Shown: positions 27,201 through 40,300 of the stretch, piece by piece
Layout: each line of letters starts with the position of its first letter
Position numbering within the stretch: the first letter of the stretch is position 1
Origin: Octopus sinensis
Taxonomy: Eukaryota
Assembly (NCBI RefSeq): GCF_006345805.1
Contig: NC_043022.1
Coordinates: forward strand, 14,012,001-14,076,000
Length of the DNA: 64,000 nucleotides
Direction: 5' to 3'
The notes under the pieces: model-generated
What the model was told of the DNA's origin: nothing
The model's input: only the letters and a program-made list of their open reading frames with translations
Database searches by the model: none
Position numbers and translations under genes: made by a program

Positions 27201-30200
27201 AAGGCTTGCTCTTCATTCCGTAGAAGAAAAAACTCAAATCGGACCATGTTAACACCAAAAATTATTTACATCAAAAAGGTGCTTTTTTTTTCCTATGAAA
27301 ATCCCTATTTTTTACGATTTTTTGACTGCTGTGTCGCCATTTTTTGGTGTATACCAACCAGAAAAATGTATAAAGAGAATAACAAGCTACAGAATGCAAA
27401 ATTTTTACTTTTCAAAAATTCCAATTCTAAAGGGTCGAAAAGAAATTAAACCCAAGCAACGCCGGGCGATACTGCGAGTGTAGGATAAATAAATTTTACA
27501 GAAATGCAAAATAAATCCAAAGCACAATTAAGAAGGCAATAGCAGATGGAATAAAGAAAGGAATCAGTTAATCCATAAAGTTAAATCACTGCGGCAGTTA
27601 TTAAGTAGGTTAATGGCAGTTTAAAGAAGAATAGCGGCAGACTCATAATCTTAGATCATTGATTATTATCCACTCCAGGCGCAGGAGTGGCTGTGTGGTA
27701 AGTAGCTTGCTAACCAACCACATGGTTCCAGGTTCAGTCCCACTGTGTGGCACCTTGGGCAAGTGTCTTCTGCTATAGCCGCGGGCCGACTAATGCCTTG
27801 CGAGTGGATTTGGTAGACGGAAACTGAAAGAAGCCTGTCGTATATATGTATATATATATAAGTGTGTGTGTATATGGTTGTGTGTCTGTGTTTGTCCCCC
27901 TAGCATTGCTTGACAACCGATGCTGGTGTGTTTACGTCCCCGTCACTTAGCGGTTCGGCAAAAGAGACCGATAGAATAAGTACTGGGCTTACAAAAGAAT
28001 AAGTCCCGGGGTCGATTTGCTCGACTAAAGGCGGTGCTCCAGCATGGCTGCAGTCAAATGACTGAAACAAGTAAAAGAGTAAAAAGAGAGAGAGTATCAG
28101 TGAAGATCTTGCAGAGCTATTTTATAAGGAAAACATGCAGACACTTAGAAAGGTGACCAGCAGATTATCATGTGCAGGTGATGCATATGGATGAGGGAGG
28201 CTGCATGAAGAAGTGCTGAGCTCTAATTGCGGAGGGAATCTGTGGAAGGGGTAGACCCAGGAAGGTGTGGGATGAAGTGGTGAGGAAAGATCTTCAGGTG
28301 ATGGGCCTCGCAAAGGAAATGATAAGGGACCAGGCGCTGTGGAGATTCGCTGTACTCGAGAAGACATGTTGAACTAAGTAAAATTGCTGTCATCCAAACA
28401 TACAAGCTTGTCCTTTAAAGATGCAGGTGGCACATAAAATGCACCCATGCAGGTGTCACATAAAATGCACCCATGCTGGTTGCACATAAAAAAAGCACCC
28501 AGCTTACTCTGTAAAGTGGTTGGCATTAGGAAGGGCATCCAACGGCGGCGAGCTGGCAGAAACATTAGCACGCCGGGCTAAATGCGTAGCCGTATTCCAT
28601 CTGTCGTTACGTTCTGAGTTCAAATTCCGCCGAGGTCGACTTTGCCTTTCATCCTTTCGGGGTAGATAAATAAAGTACCAGATGTAATCGACTTAATCCG
28701 TTTGTCTGTCCTTGTTTGTCCCTTCTGTGTTTAGCCCCTTGTGGGCAGTAAAGAAATATATTAGGAAGAGCATCAAGCCATAGAAACTATATCAAAGCAG
28801 ACAATTGGAATTTGAATAGCTTCCAGGCTGGCCAACTCCTGTCAAACTGTCCAACCCCATTCCAGCATGGAAAATGGATGTTAACAAGATAATGCCGGAT
28901 GACAACGATGACAACAGCAAAAAGATTCTTGGATTAAAAAGAGCAGAGCAGGTTTGGTAGGCAATTTGGTAGGTTACGATGGGAAGTGTTGTTGACCGGA
29001 AACCTGTGAGGTAAGGAGATAGTTCCCACTTGAGATTACAGAAAGCACAGTGTATAGGAGAGTGGTGACCTTCCTGCAGAGAGACGATGGTTTGTGATCT
29101 CTGACATTCTCTAGAGTCTCCTTTCCACCCAATGACCCAGCAGAGAACAGCTATGATGTGACAGCTGGAGTGGAGGGAGAGAGAGAGTGTGTGGGAGGGA
29201 GAGTGAATGAGAGAGAAGGGGGAGTGAGAGTGAAGAAGGAGAGAGAGTGTGTGAGGGGGAGTGAGAGTAAAGGAGAGAGTGTGTGGGTGAAGGAGAGAGT
29301 AAATGCAAGAAGGGGGAGTGAGTGAATGAGAGAGAGAGAGAGAGAGAGTGGGGGAGAATGAATGAGAGAGAGAGAGAGTGTGTGTGGGGAGGGAGAGTGA
29401 GAGAGAGAGAGAAGGGGGAGTGAGAGTGAAGAAGGAGAGAGAGTGTGTGAGGGGGAGTGAGAGTAAAGGAGAGAGTGTGTGGGTGAAGGAGAGAGTAAAT
29501 GCAAGAAGGGGGAGTGAGTGAAGGAGAGAGAGAGAGTGGGGGAGAATGAATGAGAGAGAGAGTGTGTGTGGGGAGGGAGAGTGAGAGAGAGAGAAGGGGG
29601 AGTGAGTGAATGAGAGAGAGAGTGGGGAGAGTAAGAGTGAATGAGAGAGAGAGTGTGTGTGTGGGGAGGGAGAGTGTGAGAGAGAGAGAGAGAAGTGGGA
29701 GTGAATGAAGGAGAGAGAGAGAGTGGGGGAGAGTGAGAGTGAATGAGAGTAGGTGTGGGGAGGGAGAGTGTGAGAGAGAGAGAGAGTGATGTCGACTGGT
29801 GCTCATTTTTTCCAGGTTAAGTAGAACTGGAGAAACACGAACTGAAATACTTTGGCCAAGGACATGATGCATTCTCCAATTCCACAATAGAACCCATGGC
29901 CTTATGACTGTGACTCCCAAAACCCTAACTACTGGGCCAAAGAGACTGATTGAAGCAACACCTTCCATATCCGTAAGGATTTGTGATGCTTCAGAGTAAC
30001 ATCTTGTGTATGTTCCTGCCCCATATTGACAGAGAGGAATCAGTTTTCTAAAGGGTTTGTGATCTGTAGGCTTATTGTTGTATTGAATTTGGCCCCTATT
30101 GTATCGATTTTATAAGGATGAAAGACTAAACCTCTCCTGGGCAAAAAGAGATGTAGTCAGGATGTAAATAACACTAAGTATTTTTGTTTGATGCCCCAAT

Positions 30201-33200
30201 TCTGCCAGCTCCCTGGCTGTGTGGTAAGAAGCCTGCTTCCCAACCACTAGGGTTCCGGGTTCAGTCACGCTGCGTGATACCTTGGACAAGTGTCTTCTGC
30301 TACAGCCTTGGGCCAACGAAAGCCTTGTAAGTGAATTTGGTAGATGGAACTGGAAGAAGCCTTATTTAATCGACCCCGAAAGGATGAAAAGCAAAGTTGA
30401 CCTCGGCGGAATTTGAACTCAGAACGTAATGGCAGACGAAATACCTATTTCTTTACTACCCACAAGGGGCTAAACACAGAGACGACAAACAAGGACAGAC
30501 AAACTGATTAAGTCGATTACATCGACCCCAGTGCGTAACTGGTACTTATTTAATCGATCCCGAAAGGATGAAAGGCAACGTTGACCTCGGCGGAATTTGA
30601 ACTCAGAACGTAGCAACGGGCGAAATACCGCTAAGCATTTCGCCCGGCATGCTAACGTTTCTAGCAGCTCGCCACCTTAAATGTACTAACCTTGTTATTT
30701 AACTAAATTCTTCTTTATTTTCAAAATTAATTGAAATGAACGCAAGCAGGTTATTTCAATAAAAATCATCATCATCATCATCATTTAATGTTCATTTTCC
30801 ATGCTGACATGATGTTAACAAAAAGGTTCAAATAAAATTTCATAACATGCAAATCAACAGAAAAAAAGAAATCAAATTTCAAAAATGCAAAAAGTGTTTT
30901 TTTTACTTCTGCTCTGAAGAGAATGTCCATAGGAAACCATCAACAGCGCCTTCTGCTTCTCTGTGCCTAGTTTCTTGGAGGCATCAAGAATTGCCTTGAA
31001 GAATTCTGTGGCAGCCTCAGGGTAACACAGATTGATGATGCTACGAGCTTCCACAGCAACCTATATAGGAAGATAAAAGTAATAGTGTAACAATAATAAT
31101 AATGATGATGATGATAATAATAACAATAACAAGAAGAAGAAGAAAAAGGACGATGACGACAAAGATCATCATCATCATCGTTTAACGTCTGTTTTCCGCG
31201 CTAGCACGGGTTGGACGGTTCGACCGGGGTCTGGGAAGCCAGGGGCTGCACCAGGCTCCAGTCTGATCTGGCAGAGTTTCTACAGCTGGATGCCCTTCCT
31301 AACGCCAACTACTCTGCGAATGTAGTGGGTGCTTTTTAGGTGCCACCTGCACAGGTGCCAGGGCGGGGTAGGCATCGGCCACAATCAGTTGGTGCTTTTA
31401 ACATGCCGCCGGCACAGAAGCCAGCCAAGGCGGTGCTGGCAACGGCCACGTTTGGATGGTGCTTTTTTTATGTTCCACCGGCACTGGAGCCAGTTGAGGC
31501 AGCGCTAGCATCGGCCACGTTCGGACGGTGCTTTTTATGTGCCACCGGCACAGTAGCCAGTCAAGGCGGCGCTGGCAACGATAATAATAATAATAATAAT
31601 AAGAAGAAGAAGAAGGACGACGACGATGAAGATAACAATAATAACAACAACAATAAGAAGAAGGACGACGACGATGAAGATAACAATAATAATAATAACA
31701 ACAACAACAATAATGGTTTCAAATCTTGACTCAATGGTAGCAATTTTTTGAGGGAGGGGATGAGTCGATTACATTGACCCCCCAGTGTGCAACTGGTACT
31801 TGTTTTTATTGACTTTGAAAGGACAAAAGGTAAAGTTGATCTTGGTGGAATTTGAACTCAGAACACGAAGACAGATGAAATACGGCTAAGTATTTTGCCT
31901 CACTTGTTAATGATTCTGCCAGCTTGTCACCATTTTACTAATAATAATAATAATAATATTCCGCTGAGGTCGACTTCGCCTTTCATCCTTTCAGGATCAA
32001 TAAATTAAGTACCAGTTGCATAACGGGGTTGATCTAATTGGCCGTCCCCCTCCGTCAAATTTCAGGTCTTATGCCTAGAGTAGAAAATAATAATAATAAT
32101 TTTGTTGTGTCTGGGGAGAGTCATTCTCTTTTAGTACCTTATTATTTAATACACTCACCGGTAAAATTTACACTTATTTCTTATTTTCATTTTCCTAAAA
32201 TTTTCGTTGCGTCTTGCAACCTTTTCAATAGTCTTGAAAGACTATTGAGTCAAGACTATTGAAAAGGTTGCAAGACGCAACGAAAATTTTAGGAAAATAA
32301 GAAATAAGTGGAAATTTTACCGGTGAGTGTATTAAATAATAAGGTACTAAAAGAGAATGACTCTCCCCAGACACAACAGAATATGCTTCAAACACACAAA
32401 CTCATATAAAGAATCTTGCAAACCAAATCCAAAAACGAAAAATAATAATAATAAAAAATGCTTTCTAATCAATGCATCAATGCCAACAGAAGACAACATT
32501 TCTCTAAAAGAAATGGAGAAACTCTCAAAATACAAAGACCTGGAAATAGAGGTAACCAGAATGTGGAGTTTAAAAACAGAAACAATTCCTATCATAGTAG
32601 GCGCATTAGGCATGATGAAAAAACATTCAGAGAAATACATAACAAAAACACCAGGGCTAACAAGTATATATAACATACAGGAAATAGCACAACCAGGCAC
32701 TGCACACATCCTACGCAGAACACTTTCAATACAGTGAAAATAAGAGAACCACAACAAACTACAGCACATACCCAAGGCACGTGCTTGGTCATGCAGTGAA
32801 AGCAAGTGGTGAAAATAAGACTGAAGAAGAAGAAGGAGGAGGAGGAGGTGGAAGAGAAGAAGAAGAAGAAGAGAAGAACAACAACAACACAACAAGGAAA
32901 GTAGCACTGCACACATCCTACGTAAAACACTTTCAATACAGCAAAGATAAGAGCACCACAACAAACCACAGCACATACCCAAGGCACGTGCTTGGTCATG
33001 CAGTGAAAGCAAGTGGTGAAAATAAGACTGAAGAGAAGAAGGAGGAGGAGGAGGTGGAAGAGAAGAAGAAGAAGAACAACAACAACACAACAAGGAAAGT
33101 AGCACTGCACACATCCTACGTAAAACACTTTCAATACAGCAAAGATAAGAGCACCACAACAAACCACAGCACATACCCAAGGCACGTGCTTGGTCATGCA

Positions 33201-33968
33201 GTGAAAGCAAGTGGTGAAAATAAGACAGAAGAAGAAGAAGAAGAAGGAGAAGGAGGAGGAGGAGAAGAAGAAGAAGAAGGAGAAGAAGAAGGAGAAGAAG
33301 AAGGTGAAGAAGAAGAAGGAGAAGAAGGAGAAGGAGAAGAAGGAGAAGAAGAAGGAGGAGGAGGAGGTGGAAGAGAAGAAGAACAAGAACAACAACAAGG
33401 AAAGTAGCACTACTAGGCACTGCACACATCCTACGCAAAACACTTTCTATACAGCAAAGATAAGAGCACCACAAAAAACTACAGCACATACCCAAGGCAC
33501 ACAGAGCTGGGCTTGGTAGCGAAGTGAAAGCACGTGATGAAAATAAAACTCTTTACTCTTTTACTTGTTTCAGTCATTTGACTGTGGCCATGCTGGAGTA
33601 CCACCTTTAGTCGAGCAAATTGACCCCAGGACTTATTCTTTGTAAGCCTAGTACTTATTCTATCGGTCTCTTTTGCTGAACCGCTAAGTTATTAGCAATT
33701 TAACAACCTAAAAGCAAATTTATAGATGCTACTAATGTGACAGAGGATACTAAGTAGTACCAGCATTGCTAGAAATAGGAGTTAAAGCTACTCAATAGCC
33801 ACAAAAGGACTATCTCCCCACTAGGGAGCTTGTCTTCCTTGTCAGTCATTAAGATAGTCCTTCCGTGGCTGTGTGGTAAGCAGCTTCCTTACCAACCACA
33901 TGGTTCTGGGATCAGTCCCACTGAGTGGATTTGGTAGAAGGAAACTGAAAGAACCTCGTCGCATATAT

Positions 33969-34004
<36 letters not shown>

Positions 34005-34468
34005 CTGTGGTTGCCCCCCCCACATCACTTGACAACCAATGGTGGTGTGTTTACGTCCCCGTAACTTAGCGGTTCGGCAAGAGACCGAAAGAAGTAGCTT
34101 CATATCTTTAAAGACTTTGCTGAGACATAGATGTGCTTATGTTAAAGTACACACATAGATACAGAGGGAGACAGAGAGAGAGAGAGACACAGAGGGAGAA
34201 AGAGAGAGAGGAAGAGAGGAAGAGAGAGAGAGGGAAGAGAGAGAGGAAGAGAGAGGGAGAAAGAGGGAGACAGAGAGAGGAAGAGAAAGAGGAAGAGAGG
34301 GGAGAAAGAGGAGGAGAGAGGGGGAGGGAGAGAGGAAGAAAGAGAGAGAGAAAGTGGGAGAGAGAGAGGAAATAAGAGAGAGACAGAGAGAGCGGGAGAA
34401 AGAGAGAGAGAAAGAGGGAGGGAGAGAGAGGAAGAAAGAGAGAGGGAGAGAGGAAGAAAGAGAGAAGA

Positions 34469-34500
<32 letters not shown>

Positions 34501-34639
34501 GAAGAAAGAGAGAAGAGAGAGAGGAAGAGAGAGAGAGAGACGAATGAATGGATGTCAACAGAATTAAAGTTTCAACTGACATTTCAGATTTATTTATTAA
34601 AGACCAATCTTTCTCTTCCCTCTACACACACATACACAC

Positions 34640-34692
<53 letters not shown>

Positions 34693-37341
34693 CTTATGTT
34701 AACATGGATTTAGTACACGTTTACGCATGCATAATTTCTGTTATTCGTTGCTGTTCCACTTCTTCAACGAATGATACAATTGACTCTGGGTGGGTTAGAA
34801 AAGAATGTGAGAGAGTTATGAAAAATACTCGCAAAGCATTTGGTCTGCTCCGATCCTCTCCCTCATGGTTATTGTGTCAATATGTCTGATATAGGCATGA
34901 GGCCACAAATTCATAGGAAATTGTGAATTTAATTACCCTTAGTACATAGTGTTTATTTCGTCATCGAAAAAGTTTTAAAATATACTAGCTTGGGCAGCTT
35001 TTAAGCTAGTATGTAGCTTTTAACCCTTTCGTTACTGTATTTATTTTGAGATGCTCTGTGTTTCTTTTAATTACTTTAAATATAACAAAGAATTTAGTAA
35101 AACAATTTAGTTATCATTAAGCTAGTGTTAGGAACATAAATTGTGACTAAGATTTGGTGGAAGATTTTAATTCAAAACTTATGAAAACAAGACATTTGTA
35201 CTCAGAGCCAGAATTGGTTTCAGCTGGGTTGGTATTGAAAGGGTTAAGAATTGTTTCTCTATTATATATTTTAACCCTTTTGTTACCCTATTTCTTTAGA
35301 GATGATCGGTGTTTCTTTCAATTAATTTAAAATATAATGAAGAATTTAGTAAAATAACTTAGTTATCATTCAGCTAGTTTTAGGAACATGGGGTCAATTT
35401 GCTCGACTAAAGGCGGTGCTCCAGCATGGCCACAGTCACGTGACTGAAACAAGTAAAAGAGTAAAAGATAGACACACACATACCTTGCAGTAAATCTCAA
35501 AAGTTTCTCCATCTGAAGGTGAATGAATGGCTTCTAGAATCAACTTAGCAAAATTCTCCCACTTGTGATCTAAAATCCCAGCAACATTATAGATAAGTCC
35601 TTTGTCATTGATTTTCTCTGCTTTTATGAGGGCTTCTCCTATAATATGATTAAACTTCAACCTCGTGCAGTTTTCGTGGGATATGTGTGTCATGTGATTC
35701 TGGCAGTGCTGATGCACAATCTGTGGTAACACGAACTCTGTTGAGCTGTTGTTCGTAGGCTTAATCAGGCCTTGTTTCATCAGCGGGTAAACCAGATTGA
35801 ATTTGGCTTGCTGCTCTCTTTTGCAGTTTGTCATAGCCATAATGTCATGAAGGCTGAACCTTCCAGGAAAATAACTCAGCTCAGAGAGAGCTTGCTGCTG
35901 TTCCGTGGAAAGCTGTTGGAGATATTCCTTAAAAGACTCATGAAATTGGTGCGGCAGAAAATTGTCAACATTTTGGGACTCCTGAAGAAAATCCAAAATT
36001 TCACTGGATGATGTGCCTGCTGGACATTCAGACAATTTATCACACAAGGACACAATCCTTCCAGGCACACCATTGCAGAAATTTGAGCAGAAAGATTTAA
36101 GATTCCTTGAATATTTCATATTTGCAGGTAAAGACTGTTCAACAAGGTGAAGAGAATCAAAATATTGCAGTGGTTTTAGATGAAGTGTGATACCCTGAAC
36201 GCGCTTCATTTCTGAAGGTCCACTCAGTATCAAGATGACTTTAACGTGGTTCCAGGTGATTAGTTTCTCGCAGAAATCGTCAAAGTCTTCCGTAGCATTT
36301 TTCCCAAAAATATTTTGAAAATTATCTGCGACAAGCAATGTTTTAAATCTTTCATCGGGACAGAAGAATTCTTTCTTGGGCCAGTCTTTCCGAATCACCT
36401 TATAGCAAATCCGAGGGAAATCACTCTTCATTTCATTCAAGATCTGAAACATGAGAAGAAAAGCGAAAGGTAGAATAATTGCCATCAAAAGAAGAAGCAA
36501 AAGTTTATCATCATCATCATCATTTTAATATCTATTTTTCCATGTTCAAGTGTCTTCTGCTATAGCCCCAGGCCGACCAATGCCTTGTGAGTGGATTTGG
36601 TAGATGGAAACTGAAAGAAGCCTGTCGTAGCTGCTATTTCTAATGAGTTCAGTATGCGGCAAAGTAATTTATTTTACTAAGCCCTTTTATATAATGTAAT
36701 AATTTGAATTCGCCTTAAATGGTCCCTTTGCATACTGAATACTTGGTGAAATTGATTAATTAATTAATTTTACCCTCAATTGTTGAAATTATAATTCATC
36801 TCTCTCTATATAATGCCGCGGATTTTACCGAAAAAAGCATAGTGTTTACTGATTTTAACCCACGCTGGTGGAAAGGGGAGAGCAGAAATTCTTCGCTTGC
36901 ATTTGAGTTTGTTGGCACTGTTAGTTGGGAGCAGATCTTCAGAAGCGAGAGGAAGCCGAAAGGGTATGCTCCTACTTTCAGTGTTTTCAAATCCAAACCA
37001 GGGAGTTCTGAGCTGATGATAGAAATGTCGGATTTTGACTAATCTTGAAACGTACGTTCTCAAATAACCTTTGCACTTGATTTTTAATGTCTCTACCCCC
37101 ATATTGCGTGAGTTGAGTGAGCAAACACTATATGAGAGAGGTTTTCTTTAAGTATTGGAAATAGTTTTAAAAAAGTTTTTTTAGCTGCTATTTCTAATGA
37201 GTTCAGTATGCGGCAAAGTAATTTATTTTACTAAGCCCTTTTATATAATGTAATAATTTGAATTCGCCTTAAATGGTCCCTTTGCATACTGAATACTTGG
37301 TGAAATTGATTAATTAATTAATTTTACCCTCAATTGTTGAA

Positions 37342-37383
<42 letters not shown>

Positions 37384-40300
37384 GCTGGAGTGGCTGTGTG
37401 GTAAGTAGCTTGTTAACCAACCACATGGTTGCGGGTTCAGTCCCACTGCGTGGCATCTTGGGCAAGTCTCTTCTGCTATAGCCCCAGGCCGACCAATGCC
37501 TTGTGAGTGGATTTGGTAGACGGAAACTGAAAGAAGCCTGTCGTATATATGTATATATATTTATAGGTGCTGGAGTGGCTGTGTGGTAAGTAGCTTGTTA
37601 ACCAACCACATGGTTGCGGGTTCAGTCCCACTGCGTGGCATCTTGGGCAAGTCTCTTCTGCTATAGCCCCAGGCCAACCAATGCCTTGTGAGTGGATTTG
37701 GTAGACGGAAACTGAAAGAAGCCTGTCGTATATATGTATATATATATATATATTTATAGGTGCTGGAGTGGCTGTGTGGTAAGTAGCTTGTTAACCAACC
37801 ACATGGTTGCGGGTTTAGTCCCACTGCGTGGCATCTTGGGCAAGTCTCTTCTGCTATAGCCCCGGGCCGACCAATGCCTTGTGAGTGGATGTGGTAGACG
37901 GAAACTGAAAGAAGCCTGTCGTATATATGTATATATATATGTGTGTGTGTGTGTGTGTTTGTCCCCCTAGCATTGCTTGACAACCGATGCTGGTGTGTTT
38001 ATGTCCCCGTCACTTAGCAGTTCGGCAAAAGAGACCGATAGAATAAGTACGGGGCTTACAAAGAATATTCCAGTCTTATTAGATCTCATTAGCAAAACAG
38101 ACTTCACTGTATTTACTAAACAGTGATGTGAGAATCACTAACCGTTTTATTACCATGTTTCTTTTAAAATACAATACCATTCATCATCATCATCATCGTT
38201 TAACGTCCGTTTTCCATGCTAGCATGGGTTGGACAGTTCAACTGGGGTCTGGGAAGCCGGGAGGCTGAACCAGGCTCCAGTCTGATCTGGCAGTGTTTCT
38301 ACAGCTGGATGCCCTTCCTAACACCAACCACTCCGAGAGTGTAGTGGGTGCTTTTTAAGTGCCAGGGGTGGCTGGCAACGGCCAAGATCGATTGGTGCTT
38401 TTTACGTACCAATTTTTAAAATAATGAAGAATTTAGTAAATTAACATGCAACTTAGATCCCTTAAACCCGCTCTGCCAGAGAAAATTCCACGTGAATTTA
38501 ACTTAATGATGACAAAGTTATTTTAATAAATTCATGATTTTCAAAATTAAATTAAACAAAGCCAGCATATTTCAACAGACATGTGACAACAAAACAGCCA
38601 AAATGGCCTAAACTGGACAAAGATTTCATCCTATTTTATGTTCCAAGCACCAGCTTAATAAAGATGAAGGTACTTTAGTAAATTACTCTTTCCTCTACTC
38701 TTTTACTTGTTTCAGTCATTTGATTGCGGCCATGCTGGAGCATCGCCTTTAGTCGAGCAAATCAGCCCCAGGACTTATTCTTTGTAAGCCTAGTACTTAT
38801 TCTATCGGGCTCTTTTGCCAAACCGCTAAGTTACAGGGACGTAAACACACCAGCATCGGTGGTCAAGCGATGTTGATGGGACAAACACAGACACACAAAC
38901 ACCCATACACCTATATATATGACGGGCTTCTTTTCAGTTTCCGCCTACCAAATCCACTCACAAGGCTTTGGTCGGCCCGAGGCTATAGTAGAAGACACTT
39001 GCCGAAGGTGCCACGCAGTGGGACTGAACCCGGAACATTGTGGTTGGTAAGCAAACTACTTACCACACAGCCACCCCTGCGCCTATGATTTTCATGATTT
39101 TCAAATCGTGAAATGAAGGCAGCGTATTTCAATAGAAATATGATAATGAAAGAGTGAACACAGGAAACATGTATCATGATAATAGGTGGGGGTCGGGGGT
39201 GGGGGGCATCCTCGGTAGGTTGGTATCAAAAAGGTTAAGTAGATATAAATATATAGTGTCCCAAATTTTGGCACAAGGGCAGAAATTTGAGGGAAGGTTG
39301 TAAGTGAATTACACTGACCCCAATATTGAACTGGTACTTATTTTATCGACTGCTGAAGGATGAAAGACAAAGCTGACCTCAATGGAATTTGAACTCAGAA
39401 CGTAAGGGCAATTGAAATCCCCCCCCCCCCCCCAAGTACTAACGATTCTGCAAGTTCACCACCTTAACCCTTTAGTGTTTAAACTGGCCATTTCCAGTCA
39501 AAGCAACCTACTCGTTTTATTTTCAAACTGACCAGACCTGGTCCCTTGCACCTACCCTACAATGTCATCATTATCATTTAACATCCGCTTTCCATGCTAG
39601 CATGGGTTGGACGATTTGACTGAGGTCTGGCGAACAAGGCTCCAATCTTGATTTGGCAGAGTTTCTACAGCTGGATGCCCTTCCTAACGCCAACCACTCT
39701 GAGAGTGTAGTGGGTGCCTTTACGTGCCACCAGCACGAGGGCCAGTTTGGTGGTACAGGCAATGGCTATTCCCAAATGGTGCTTTTTACGTGCCACCTTC
39801 AAAGGAGCCAGTCCAGCGGCACTGGCGACGACTTTGTTCAAATGTTTCACGTGCCAGTAAAGCGACACTGGTAATAATCACGCTTGAATGGTGTGTTTAA
39901 CGTGCCATCGACACGAAGGCCAGCTTGTTGCTCTGCCATCCATTACACATTCGGAGTGGTTGGCGTCAGGAAGAGCATCCAACCATAGAAACCATGCCAA
40001 ACCAGACTGGAACTTGGTGCAGCTCTCCGGCCATGCCAGTTCCAGTTAATCCATCTAACCCATGCCAACATGGAAAACAGACGCTAAATGAGGATGATGA
40101 TGAGGATGATGATATCATTGAAATCTCAATGACGATGATGATGATGAATATCAACAGAAAAAAAGAAAAAATAACATCAGCAAAAAAGAACACCTTAGGA
40201 ATGAGAACAGAGTACCCCTTTAGTCAAATGAAGGGTTGGGGATTGAAATTCCACCAGAGAGTACATCAGCTGAAATGTTGTGGTAACAGCAAACAAGATG

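Noticed and set aside
36796-37102. ORFs in intron 1 as a missing NB-ARC exon
   Set aside because: Lie inside a direct-repeat-flanked insert, show no ATPase motifs, and exons 1 and 2 already join in phase.
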